DNA from: a virus
Taxonomy: Duplodnaviria > Caudoviricetes
Strand: one strand, 5' to 3'
Length of the DNA: 49,759 nucleotides
Virus record (IMG/VR): IMGVR_UViG_3300037483_000961
Location: 1 to 49,759 of that record
Of the stretch, positions 15,539 to 25,398 are shown piece by piece (position 1 is the first letter of the stretch; each line of letters starts with the position of its first letter). The position numbers and the translations under genes were made by a program. Below the pieces are notes generated by a model, which had not been told where the DNA came from, made no database searches, and worked only from the letters and a program-made list of their open reading frames with translations.

Positions 15539-17245
15539 ATGATAAAGATTTTTCAAGAAGAAAACCAATTACGATTAGCTGTTTCTGGTACTGATTTTAC
15601 TGGAAACATCCAACTCATAAAATCTATCACAGGGAGGAAATTTAATCCGCAAACAAAGTTCTGGTACGTACCGGATAATGCAGTCTCAAGAGAGGCTTTG
15701 AAAGGCTACTTCGACGGGGACAGCGACGAAGAATCAGAGTTTGAAATTGATCAAACCTGGAAGCAAATCCCTATTGATGCGCCAGACTTTATGTATCATT
15801 TTCAAAAAGACAGTTTACGTTATGTAAAGCGTCATAACAATCGAGCTTTGCTCGGTCTACCAATGGGAAGTGGCAAAACTCTCATAGCCCTTTCGTTTAT
15901 TCTTTCTCAGAGCCAAGACAGACCTTCTTTGGTGATCTGTCCTGCGTCTGTAAAAAGAGGATTCGAAAGAGATTATAAGAAATTCTTTCCGAACGAAACA
16001 AAACAAATCACTTTATTAAAAGGAATTAACTCATTAACTTATTATTCTGAACCTAACATATACGTAGTAAATTATGAAATACTTAGTAGAAATATCGTAA
16101 AAACAGTAATTGAATACAAAACTAAATATGGTAAAACCAAAACACGTACAATTTTTAAACCATCTGAAAACTTATTACAATTTATTAGCAGTAACTTTAA
16201 CACAATTATAGTAGACGAATGTCATAAACTTAAAAACAAAGAAAGTCAAATTTATCAAGCTTTTACATACTTACAGCAAGAAACAAAAAACGTTATAGCA
16301 ATGTCTGGTACGCCGATATTGTCAAAGCCATCAGATTTGTGGCCGATGATGTCTATTTTACAACCTGAAGTCTTTTCCCATGAGTATTGGTATTTGAACA
16401 GATTTTGCAATCCTACTAGTACATTTATCGGAAAAGGCCGACGAATAACAACCTACAATGGTGTTACCAGACCAAAAGAACTAAACGCATTACTGATGAA
16501 CAATGGCATGTTAGTTTATAACAAACAGGAAATAATGCCTGAACTACCGGAATTCGAACGTATAGTTGTGCCTCTCGAATGTGAAAACGTTGCCGAATAT
16601 CTGGAATATAGAGAGGAACTTCTTGGTCAAATAGCCAAGAATCCCTCTATGGCATTGGCGATGATAGAGAAACTAAAGCAAGCTGCTGTGAATCAGAAAA
16701 TGGCAATGGTGTATGATTTTATTGACAACTTTATTGAATCGGGAGAAAAATTCCCAGTGTTTGCGATTCATCAGTATATTGTGGATGCAATTGCGGATCG
16801 TTACAAAGAAAAAGCTGTCAAATTTTACGGGAATAGTTCCGACAAACAGAAAGAGCAATCAAGAATTTCGTTTATCGAAGATCCAAACGTTCAGATAATT
16901 GTTGGAAATATTCAATCTCTTGGAACAGGAGTAGACGGATTACAAAAAAGTGGAGCTTCGTTTATGCTCACTATTGAATTACCGTGGAATCCTGCCGAAA
17001 TGGACCAAGCTGATTCTAGGCTTTATAGAAGCGGATATACTCAAGACAGAGGCATAAAGTCTTATGTACTTGTAGCAGAAGAAACTATAGAAGCTGAAAT
17101 AGTAGAAAAGCTTGATCTGAAGAAAGATACAACTCACAAAGTTCTTGTAGGTGAAAGCGCCGACAGTACTTCTTTGTTGCAGTACTTAATTGATACATAC
17201 AAAGAAGAAGCTGAAAACAGAAAGGTGGTTCCAATTGGAAGATAA
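15539..17245 (+). CDS. SNF2-family helicase/translocase (HARP-like N-terminus)
   Basis: PMGSGKT, DECH, SGTP, WNPAEMDQA.SRLYRSG; N-terminal KFNPQTKFWYVP. Confidence 0.9.
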   Translation: MIKIFQEENQLRLAVSGTDFTGNIQLIKSITGRKFNPQTKFWYVPDNAVSREALKGYFDGDSDEESEFEIDQTWKQIPIDAPDFMYHFQKDSLRYVKRHNNRALLGLPMGSGKTLIALSFILSQSQDRPSLVICPASVKRGFERDYKKFFPNETKQITLLKGINSLTYYSEPNIYVVNYEILSRNIVKTVIEYKTKYGKTKTRTIFKPSENLLQFISSNFNTIIVDECHKLKNKESQIYQAFTYLQQETKNVIAMSGTPILSKPSDLWPMMSILQPEVFSHEYWYLNRFCNPTSTFIGKGRRITTYNGVTRPKELNALLMNNGMLVYNKQEIMPELPEFERIVVPLECENVAEYLEYREELLGQIAKNPSMALAMIEKLKQAAVNQKMAMVYDFIDNFIESGEKFPVFAIHQYIVDAIADRYKEKAVKFYGNSSDKQKEQSRISFIEDPNVQIIVGNIQSLGTGVDGLQKSGASFMLTIELPWNPAEMDQADSRLYRSGYTQDRGIKSYVLVAEETIEAEIVEKLDLKKDTTHKVLVGESADSTSLLQYLIDTYKEEAENRKVVPIGR

Positions 17246-17960
17246 ACTCGACATAAAGCAGTACAAGATTTTACAGCAGATGTATGAGTATTTTAATAAC
17301 AAATTATTTGATTCAGTTCTACCTGATGTGATTTTTCTGTTAGAATCCAAGAAAGTGAAATATCATGGATATTTTCACTTCGAAAAACAGAAAACAAAAG
17401 ACGGGAAGCTGATGTCAGTTATTAATTTAAATACTGAAACATTCGACCGTGAACCTGTAGATGTTCTTAGTACTGTTGCACACGAGATGGTGCATTGTTG
17501 GGAGTTTTATTTCGGGGAGCCGCCTTCTAAAGGCTATCATGGGAAGCAATTTGTTAAAGCTATGGAAAAGATAGGACTTATTGCTTCCTCAACTGGTGAA
17601 CCGGGAGGAAAGCAGTCAGGTCGAAGAATGACCCATTACATTGCTCCTGGTGGAAGATTCGAAATAGTAGCTAAGGAATTTCTTGCTATGGAAGAGAATG
17701 TTCTTTTATTTGAAGGCATAAAGCAAATGATTGCCGAAGGAGAAAAAAAGAGCCCATCGGGTAGCAAGATTAAATACTCATGTCCTGAGTGTTCAAGTAA
17801 CGTATGGGGAAAGCACGGTTTGAGAATTATTTGCGAACCATGCGGTTGTGAGTATATTGAACCGGGACAAGTACAGGATACTGAAGGAGATTCCGATGAG
17901 GAACAAGAAAGAAGAGACATGATGCGTTTTCGGGAAAGGCTTTCCGGGAGCAAGGAGTAA
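17190..17960 (+). CDS. SprT-like zinc metalloprotease with C-terminal zinc ribbon
   Basis: HEMVH, YHGKQF, CPEC...CEPC; likely start TTG 17235. Confidence 0.85.
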   Translation: MIHTKKKLKTERWFQLEDKLDIKQYKILQQMYEYFNNKLFDSVLPDVIFLLESKKVKYHGYFHFEKQKTKDGKLMSVINLNTETFDREPVDVLSTVAHEMVHCWEFYFGEPPSKGYHGKQFVKAMEKIGLIASSTGEPGGKQSGRRMTHYIAPGGRFEIVAKEFLAMEENVLLFEGIKQMIAEGEKKSPSGSKIKYSCPECSSNVWGKHGLRIICEPCGCEYIEPGQVQDTEGDSDEEQERRDMMRFRERLSGSKE

Positions 17961-17987
17961 AGAAGTGAATTTCATCGAAGGAAAATT

Positions 17988-19487
17988 ATGGCACAAAAGT
18001 TCACTAGAGAAGTTATTGATAATTCTTCCGAGAAAGATATCGTCATTTCGGCTATTCTTTCAACCAATTATCTTGCGGGTACGGCACACTTATTAAAAAA
18101 TACCTACATATTCCAAGAACCTCATATTCGGCTGGTTCTTCAGTGGTGTTTAGAGCATTTCAAACTACATAAGGAGGCCCCTGGAAAACTAATCTATGAT
18201 ATTTTTACGTCCAAGCAAAAAGGACTATCTGCTTCCATATCCGAAGGAGTAGAAACTGTTCTTCAGCATTTGAATGAAAAATATCTAGAAAAACCAGACA
18301 CGTATTCCGACAGTTACTACATTGCAAAAACTAAATCTTATATAGAGGATCAATCTCTTCTCAAACTCGCTGAAGAAATAAAAGGCCATGTTGTTGTAGG
18401 GCAAGCAGATAAAGCACAAAGAGCTTTGATGACTTACAACAAAGTGGATAAAGTTTTATCCACTGGCATTGATCCTTTTAGAGATAAAGAATTCATTGGT
18501 AAAATGTTTTCTGCTATGAAAAAAAGTGTCATCCGGTTCCCTTACCCTGCTTTAGAGGAATTATTCAAGGATGTCTATCGTGGAGAGATCATAGCTGTAG
18601 CTGGTCCTGCTAAAAGAGGTAAATCCTTTCTCATGAATCAGTTAGGGTACTATGCCCTATATTCAGGATTAAATGTAGCTGTATTCTCTTTTGAAATGGA
18701 CAGCGAGGTTATGGGAATGCGTTTGTTTCAGAATTTTATGGGTCAACCCAGAAAAGATATGGAATGGGAAGAATTGATTCCGTATTTTGATAAAGAGAAT
18801 AATATCCAGTACCATAAAATACTGAAAGAAGGATTGGATTACTCCGAAACACTTGCTTTTCAATCAGATCTGGCTACATATGGAAATATAGGAACGTTTA
18901 AGTTTTTTGACCATCATGAATGCGGACGAAAGGTTTCCAATATTTGTGACGCTTTAGACCGCATTGAAAAATATGACGGAATAAAAATAGATGTGGTAAT
19001 TATCGACTATGATAAGCTGTTAGAAAACGAAGACGGCTTTAAGGGCAGTTCCTATGAAGGAATAAATGACAACTGGAAGGATGTCAAGGCGAAAATCGCC
19101 CAAGACAGAAATACTCTGGTTGTGTTCGGAAGTCAGTATGGAAAAGAAGGTGCTCAGAATGAAGTAGGACCTGAAAGTGCTTCAGGCAGTAGTAGAAAGT
19201 TTGATTATGTTTCCCATTGGGTAAGCATATTGGCTACTGAAGCTGAGAAGAAAGCCGGAATAATGCGTATTGATGTGCTTGGTAGACATGATGGATTTTT
19301 CAAATCTGATAAAGTTGTCTGTCTTCAAGCTTTGTCTTTAGCTCGTCCTATTCTTGATGCCAGATGGCAAAAGGATATTCCGAATTATGATCATGTCGTG
19401 GCCTCCCATGAGGAAGACAAAAAAGAGATAAAGTTGGAAAAAAGAATCGATAAGAAAACTCAAGATTTAGATGATTGGGTGTTCTAA
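17988..19487 (+). CDS. dnaB: Replicative DNA helicase (DnaB-like SF4)
   Basis: GPAKRGKS Walker A, FSFEM, VIIDY, GSQ motifs. Confidence 0.8.
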   Translation: MAQKFTREVIDNSSEKDIVISAILSTNYLAGTAHLLKNTYIFQEPHIRLVLQWCLEHFKLHKEAPGKLIYDIFTSKQKGLSASISEGVETVLQHLNEKYLEKPDTYSDSYYIAKTKSYIEDQSLLKLAEEIKGHVVVGQADKAQRALMTYNKVDKVLSTGIDPFRDKEFIGKMFSAMKKSVIRFPYPALEELFKDVYRGEIIAVAGPAKRGKSFLMNQLGYYALYSGLNVAVFSFEMDSEVMGMRLFQNFMGQPRKDMEWEELIPYFDKENNIQYHKILKEGLDYSETLAFQSDLATYGNIGTFKFFDHHECGRKVSNICDALDRIEKYDGIKIDVVIIDYDKLLENEDGFKGSSYEGINDNWKDVKAKIAQDRNTLVVFGSQYGKEGAQNEVGPESASGSSRKFDYVSHWVSILATEAEKKAGIMRIDVLGRHDGFFKSDKVVCLQALSLARPILDARWQKDIPNYDHVVASHEEDKKEIKLEKRIDKKTQDLDDWVF

Positions 19488-20001
19488 AAGGAGAAGTGTT
19501 ATGCAACCAAGAATTGAATTGATACGATGCCCTTTACATAAGTACACATTTACTGTGGCAAAAATAAGAAACTGGGTACTCCAACATTGTATCGGTAGAG
19601 TATTAAACTTATATGCAGGACCGACCGTTTTGTCTGAGTATGGATTGAAAAATGAAATCAGAAATGATCTAAACGAGGACATGCCAGCCCACACTCACTT
19701 TGATGCTCTTGATTGTGTTATACAATACGATAATCCAGAATTCGATACGATAATCCTCGATCCTCCTTATGCTGCAAGAAAAAGTATGGAAATGTACAAT
19801 GGAAAACTCGCAAGCTCTTTCATGATGGTTAAGTCTTATATCCCTAGGATACTATTTCCTGGTGGCAGGGTTATTACTTTGGGATATCATTCAGTATCGA
19901 TGGGATCAGTTAGAAATTTTGAGGTAGAATCTATCGCAATTTTTAGCCATGGAGGAGCGATTCACGATACAATAGGAACAGTAGAGGTACTTCAATCATG
20001 A
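19471..20001 (+). CDS. Putative amino-methyltransferase (DPPY)
   Basis: VLNLYAG (motif I-like), FDALD, ILDPPY. Confidence 0.75.
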   Translation: MIGCSKRRSVMQPRIELIRCPLHKYTFTVAKIRNWVLQHCIGRVLNLYAGPTVLSEYGLKNEIRNDLNEDMPAHTHFDALDCVIQYDNPEFDTIILDPPYAARKSMEMYNGKLASSFMMVKSYIPRILFPGGRVITLGYHSVSMGSVRNFEVESIAIFSHGGAIHDTIGTVEVLQS

Positions 20002-21002
20002 ACAGTGTCCGAGTTCAAACTAAGGTCATTATGGATTTTATCTCTGATACAAAACCAATTTGGTCAACAATAGGTTTGTTACAGCATACTGAATGGATTT
20101 TGTTTAGTGCAGGAAGAGGGTATACATTTAACGGGTTTCATTACTGTTCCGCTGTTGTTCCTTTTAATGAAACATTTGCTCTACCTGGACACCAAGTTGA
20201 AGTGATTTTATCAGGAACTAAAGAAGATTTTTGTGACGTTTACTACGATGACAAAAAATCAGGCATAAAAATCAAGGATAGCAAGGGGCAGTTTTCATAT
20301 CCGTTTTCAGTAGAAAAACAATTGAATCATTTTTATTCAGATATCGATTCATCTTTGTGGCAACTGTGTCATGGTTTTACTGAAGCTTTGAATGTATGTT
20401 CTCAAACAATTCACAAGAATAACATAGAGTTTAGTAACTGCTATGTTATTGATAAAAAAATGTATTCAACAGATGGCATCCGGTATTCAGTTGTCGAAAC
20501 AGATTCAATAAGCTGTTCAATTCCTATTGGTACTGACAAGGTTATAAACAACAGACAAATTAGAGCAATTCAAGAAAACAATACTATGGTCTCTTTTTTA
20601 GTAGACACGTACATCATATCTGCAACAAAAAACATTGGGAGTGGAGTGAAAATAAAGACGCACGAACCCAAAGAAAGACCGGGAATTCGGGTTTCGTATA
20701 CAAAGGAATTGGTTTCCCTGTTTGATACAGCTAAGAAATTTGACAACGAATTCAAATTGAAAGACCTTTATGTGGAAGTGAAATTCGACAATAATATGTT
20801 ATACTTGTCGATTACTGGCGTCAAAAATATGTTCAGGAAAGAATTCCCTGTAGATACAGCGGTGCCTTTTGTATTCAAAGTTAATCCAGGTTTATTCACT
20901 ACAATAGCCAAAGACTACTCGTCATTTTTTTATGATCCAGGAATGAGCTATCTTCTTTTTTCTGAAGGAGAACGGTCGCAGTACCTATGGATCGAGCGAT
21001 AA
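19998..21002 (+). CDS. Putative sliding clamp (DnaN-like)
   Basis: 334 aa, YSTDGIRY resembles DnaN ATDGHRL; lies next to the polymerase and a clamp loader is present. Confidence 0.6.
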   Translation: MNSVRVQTKVIMDFISDTKPIWSTIGLLQHTEWILFSAGRGYTFNGFHYCSAVVPFNETFALPGHQVEVILSGTKEDFCDVYYDDKKSGIKIKDSKGQFSYPFSVEKQLNHFYSDIDSSLWQLCHGFTEALNVCSQTIHKNNIEFSNCYVIDKKMYSTDGIRYSVVETDSISCSIPIGTDKVINNRQIRAIQENNTMVSFLVDTYIISATKNIGSGVKIKTHEPKERPGIRVSYTKELVSLFDTAKKFDNEFKLKDLYVEVKFDNNMLYLSITGVKNMFRKEFPVDTAVPFVFKVNPGLFTTIAKDYSSFFYDPGMSYLLFSEGERSQYLWIER

Positions 21003-21014
21003 CAGGAGATCAAT

Positions 21015-24000
21015 ATGACATCTGCTGCTTTTCTTGGTCTAAAAAGAGTTATTCATTTTTTGTTGGCTGTTCTAAGTATTGTATTTTCTGTTATCTTATT
21101 TGTTCAGTTTTCTAATCATTTTTGGGGTAGATTAATTTTTGGCACTAGTGCAACTATTGTTGAATTGTTCAAGATTTATTCTTTGATACAAATGAAAACT
21201 ATGTTCGTTGCTGGTCTAAAGCAAAATGGAAAAATGTTTTTGGTTTGTTTTGGATTTTTCATTATTTATACAGGATTGACGGCGTTCAGTATTGTAGCTA
21301 CATTAGGCTATAACTTGAACACTATTCAAGGGCAGTCCTTCTATGCTGTGGTTCGTAATATTGAAACTGAATCAGCTATTCGAGATATTGAACGGATCGA
21401 TGATGAAATAGACACCAAACTCCGCCAGCAAAGTGAATTACCATTTGATTATGTTACAGCAAGTGATAGGTATACTAAGCAAATAGAAGAGCTGAGACAG
21501 ATAAGAAGAAACCTGGAAACCAGCATAGCAAATGCAGAGAAAGTCCAGGATTCAGCAGACACATTTTCGATGTTAGGTGAGTTGATTCGTATTTCAGGAG
21601 AACGAGTTCTTTTTATCTTGCTATTTGGTTTATCGATTATTTTCGAAATAGGAATAGCTGTTACTGGAGATGTGATTACAGAAAAGAAGAATAAAACACC
21701 TAAGAACAATGAAGTTATAGAAAAGGAAGAACAAATGGCTGGTTTTTTAGATATACCTGAAGAGAAAGTAAGAACTACAGTAAAGAAAGAAAAACGATTA
21801 GGTGGATGCGAGACATGTCTTTTATACACCATGTGTAAAACTCCTAAAATGGAAGTTTATGGACAAGGAAACAAAAAGATATTACTACTTTTTGATCATC
21901 CTTCAGCTACAGAAGACCATTCAGGTAATCCTTTTGTTGATGGCACGTACAAGTACATTTTTGAAATATTCGAACAACACGGAATAACAAAAGAAGATAT
22001 TTGGGTTTCGCACGCTGTTCAATGCTATCCCGGAAATCATAAGAGCAACAAAAACAAACAAGAAGATTCAGTACCGGCAGAAGCGATAGCCGGTTGTTAC
22101 ACCCGACTCATGGCAAACATCAATAAGTTACAACCAGAAAAGATTTTCGTTTTTGGTGGCGTAGCTATGCGTACATTATATCATAATGTCGATTCAGGTC
22201 GATTTAGTTTTGCCAAATACAAGAAATTCCCAGGACATATAATCTCTGATCAGAATTTGGATACCGTAGTTATTCCAGTTCAAAGCCCTCAGTACGCCCT
22301 GTCGATTCTGGAGAAAAGAAAAAAAGGAATCATGAAGTACAAGCCGGATTCTAAATTTGCTAGGGATATTTGGAGGGACCAGTACTTAACACAGACAGAT
22401 GATTTTAGGCTTCATGACAGGACTATCAAAACTCAAATCAGTAAAGGAATCGGTGCCAAATTTATTCCTTACAAAAACAGTACTGTACAATACGTTACAG
22501 AGTATCAAGATGTTTTAAAACTTCTCCGTCACCTTACGACAGTAAAAGAGTTTGCTTTTGATATCGAAACTACAGGACTAAAGCCTTATGCTGAAGGACA
22601 CGAAATAGATGTTTGGGGGTTCAGTACTGGGGATGCTTCGTATGCTTTTCCTCATTTCACCGATGATAGATTTATTCGACTGATGCGCCGAGTTATGGAC
22701 AGCCCTGCTAAGAAGTATGGCGCTAACATAAAATTTGAACAAATATGGATTAAGCATTTTTTAAACGTTGACATTCAGAACTGGGAAATGGATACAGTCA
22801 TTGGCGCTCATGTTATAGATAACCGAGACGGAATAACCAGTTTGAAATTTCAATCATTTGTTCGTTTAGGTAAAGTTGGTTATGATAGCGAAATAGATCC
22901 ATTTATTACTACTCCTAAAAATTCCGGGGGCAATGCCCAAAATAGAATAAAAAATGTACCTTTGGGTAAACGATTAGAATATGTGGCTATGGACGCTGAG
23001 TATACTTTTTCCCTGGCCAAAATAATGATGGAGATTATTTTTAATGACCCTGTTATCAGTCAAGGGTATCAACTTTTTCATGAAGCTCAGTTATCTTTTG
23101 CGGATATGGAATACAGAGGATTCAGGGTAGATTCTATTCAGCTAGAAAAAAATATTATAGCTGAAGAAAAGAAATCGTACATGCTTTATAGCGAAATCGT
23201 AAAGCAACCAGAAATTCAAGATTGGCCTTCTTTCAATCCAGGAAGTAACTCAGATCTAATTGAGTTGTTTTACAATCGATTGCATTTTCCGGTTATAGAA
23301 TACACAGACAAAGGCCAGCCAAGTACTAAGAGCAGTGTTTTGGATGATTTCTACGATGTTCATGGTTGTAAAATAGCGCATCTGATTTCTGAATACGCAA
23401 CAACACAACAAACATTAAATACATTCCTAAAAGGCATTCAAAGAGAAACGTATCAAGAAGAAGTACATCCGTCCTTTTCGGCTAACTTGGTGAGTTCATA
23501 CAGAACAAGTAGCCAAAATCCGAACTTTACTAATCTTCCAGAACGAAACAAAGAAGCTATGAAAAAGATCAAATCCCCATTGGTTCCGCGACCGGGATTT
23601 GTTTTTATTGATGCCGACTACAAGTCCATAGAAAGTTATGTCGGAGCAGCATACCATAACGATTCTACATTTGTGACGTATCTTATGGATGAAAATACTG
23701 ATGCCCATGCTGATAACGCACAAGATATTTTTATGTGCAGAAAAGAGGATGTTGATCCTGAATTATTTGAAAAATTAAGAAAGGTGGGAAAAACATTCAG
23801 TTTTGCTATGCAGTATGGAATTGCTTCAAAGAACATTGCTACAAAATTGTGGAATGCCCATATGGATTCATCCCATAAGGATTTCCTGAAAACCAAGAGC
23901 ATTAACTCTTTGCAGGAATTCATCGAGCATATGAAGGGTATGTATTCAAATTATTGGGAGGTAAAATATAGGGAACTGAATACTTGGAGAAATGACACAT

Positions 24001-24401
24001 GGGAAACTTTTGTCACCAAAGGTTTCATTGAAAGCAAAACTGGATTCAGGTATACAGGAATCAGCTCTAAAAACCAGATATGTAACCTACCTATTCAGGG
24101 ATCTGCTGCACATTGTTTGGTATTTGGGCTTAATGAGTTCAATAAAGAAAGAAAGAAACTTAATCTAAAATCAGGGGCAATAGCAGAAGTGCATGACGCT
24201 ATTATCATTGAAACAGCTATTGATGAAATTGAAATAGTTAAAGAACTTATCAGAGAGTGTTTCCTTAATAGGGTATTTGCGAAATTTGGTTGGATCACAC
24301 TTCCTCTTACGATTGCAGGAGAAATATTTGAAAGCAATTGGGCAGAAAGTAATTCTGATCTTGATTTCACATTGGGTCGTTCTGATAAGGAGGTAGCTTG
24401 A
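21015..24401 (+). CDS. polA: Family A DNA polymerase with UDG-like and 3'-5' exonuclease domains; ORF begins with a 240-aa membrane/coiled-coil region (internal start 21735 possible)
   Basis: CETC..C and HAVQCYP (family-4 UDG-like), FDIETTGL exo I, DADYKSIE motif A, RKVGKTFSFAMQYG motif B, EVHDA motif C. Confidence 0.9.
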   Translation: MTSAAFLGLKRVIHFLLAVLSIVFSVILFVQFSNHFWGRLIFGTSATIVELFKIYSLIQMKTMFVAGLKQNGKMFLVCFGFFIIYTGLTAFSIVATLGYNLNTIQGQSFYAVVRNIETESAIRDIERIDDEIDTKLRQQSELPFDYVTASDRYTKQIEELRQIRRNLETSIANAEKVQDSADTFSMLGELIRISGERVLFILLFGLSIIFEIGIAVTGDVITEKKNKTPKNNEVIEKEEQMAGFLDIPEEKVRTTVKKEKRLGGCETCLLYTMCKTPKMEVYGQGNKKILLLFDHPSATEDHSGNPFVDGTYKYIFEIFEQHGITKEDIWVSHAVQCYPGNHKSNKNKQEDSVPAEAIAGCYTRLMANINKLQPEKIFVFGGVAMRTLYHNVDSGRFSFAKYKKFPGHIISDQNLDTVVIPVQSPQYALSILEKRKKGIMKYKPDSKFARDIWRDQYLTQTDDFRLHDRTIKTQISKGIGAKFIPYKNSTVQYVTEYQDVLKLLRHLTTVKEFAFDIETTGLKPYAEGHEIDVWGFSTGDASYAFPHFTDDRFIRLMRRVMDSPAKKYGANIKFEQIWIKHFLNVDIQNWEMDTVIGAHVIDNRDGITSLKFQSFVRLGKVGYDSEIDPFITTPKNSGGNAQNRIKNVPLGKRLEYVAMDAEYTFSLAKIMMEIIFNDPVISQGYQLFHEAQLSFADMEYRGFRVDSIQLEKNIIAEEKKSYMLYSEIVKQPEIQDWPSFNPGSNSDLIELFYNRLHFPVIEYTDKGQPSTKSSVLDDFYDVHGCKIAHLISEYATTQQTLNTFLKGIQRETYQEEVHPSFSANLVSSYRTSSQNPNFTNLPERNKEAMKKIKSPLVPRPGFVFIDADYKSIESYVGAAYHNDSTFVTYLMDENTDAHADNAQDIFMCRKEDVDPELFEKLRKVGKTFSFAMQYGIASKNIATKLWNAHMDSSHKDFLKTKSINSLQEFIEHMKGMYSNYWEVKYRELNTWRNDTWETFVTKGFIESKTGFRYTGISSKNQICNLPIQGSAAHCLVFGLNEFNKERKKLNLKSGAIAEVHDAIIIETAIDEIEIVKELIRECFLNRVFAKFGWITLPLTIAGEIFESNWAESNSDLDFTLGRSDKEVA

Positions 24402-24577
24402 ACAGATGTCCTATTTGTGGAAAGGAGAACAATTGCGCTTTAGCGAAAGGAAAATCTGTTTTTCATTGTTGGTGTATAGAATCTTCTATTGACCCAGAAA
24501 TGATGGAAATGTATGAACAAAAAGATGGATGTTTTTGTAAAGAATGTGTAGTAAAATTTAACAAGGAGAAAAAATAG
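24398..24577 (+). CDS. Cysteine-rich CWC-family small protein (not in ORF track)
   Basis: TTG start after AGGAGG: MNRCPICGKENNC...CWC...CFCKEC, 59 aa. Confidence 0.8.
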   Translation: MNRCPICGKENNCALAKGKSVFHCWCIESSIDPEMMEMYEQKDGCFCKECVVKFNKEKK

Positions 24578-25378
24578 TTGAACAAAGTTGATTTCACAAC
24601 TAATAATGTAATTGATCAAAGAGATGTCCTTGACAAAGGATATGTAAAATTTATTGACTATATGGGAGATTCTTATAAGGTTTTGCGAAGTGCCAGAATA
24701 TCTACTGGCGGTGTTGCTTGCAAGGGAGAAAAACAAGATAAAGGACTGCTTAGGTATTTATACAAGAATAACCACAGTAGTCCTTATGAACAAGTGAGTT
24801 TGTCTTTTGATATCAAAGCTCCGCATTTCGTTATAACACAATTTTTAAGACATAGAACAGCGAAAATTAATCAATTCTCCTTAAGGTATTCGCCTGCCAT
24901 TGATGATGTGTATTTTCCTAATAGTTGGAGAAAACAAGGTGAAAAAAATCACCAAGGATCAGGCGATTTATTTTCTTATCATGAGAACGTAAGATTCAAT
25001 ACCTGGATCGACGAAGCATATTCAAAAAATTTAGCTACCTATGATATGCTTATTGAAAACGGAGTATCCAGAGAACAAGCAAGAACAGTTATACCTATGG
25101 GTAATTATAGTCTTCTTACTTTTACTATCGACTTACGAAACCTATTTCATTTTTTGGAGCTTCGATTACATGAACATGCTCAACAAGAGATAAGAGTGTA
25201 CGCCGAAGCAATACACGACATGCTGAAAGATAGAGAAGAATTTAAATGGATGTTTGATATTTTTAATGAGTTCAATGAACTAAAAACATTGTATCAAAAC
25301 GCGATTAACAAGTTTTCGGATACAGAGAAGCTTAAAAAGATGCTATCGGATTTCATCTCAGAAGCCGAGCAACACTAA
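24578..25378 (+). CDS. thyX: Flavin-dependent thymidylate synthase
   Basis: HSSPYEQ, RHRTAKINQFSLRY signature, REQAR, HAQQEIR. Confidence 0.95.
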   Translation: MNKVDFTTNNVIDQRDVLDKGYVKFIDYMGDSYKVLRSARISTGGVACKGEKQDKGLLRYLYKNNHSSPYEQVSLSFDIKAPHFVITQFLRHRTAKINQFSLRYSPAIDDVYFPNSWRKQGEKNHQGSGDLFSYHENVRFNTWIDEAYSKNLATYDMLIENGVSREQARTVIPMGNYSLLTFTIDLRNLFHFLELRLHEHAQQEIRVYAEAIHDMLKDREEFKWMFDIFNEFNELKTLYQNAINKFSDTEKLKKMLSDFISEAEQH

Positions 25379-25398
25379 ATACACGGAGAACACAGCCT

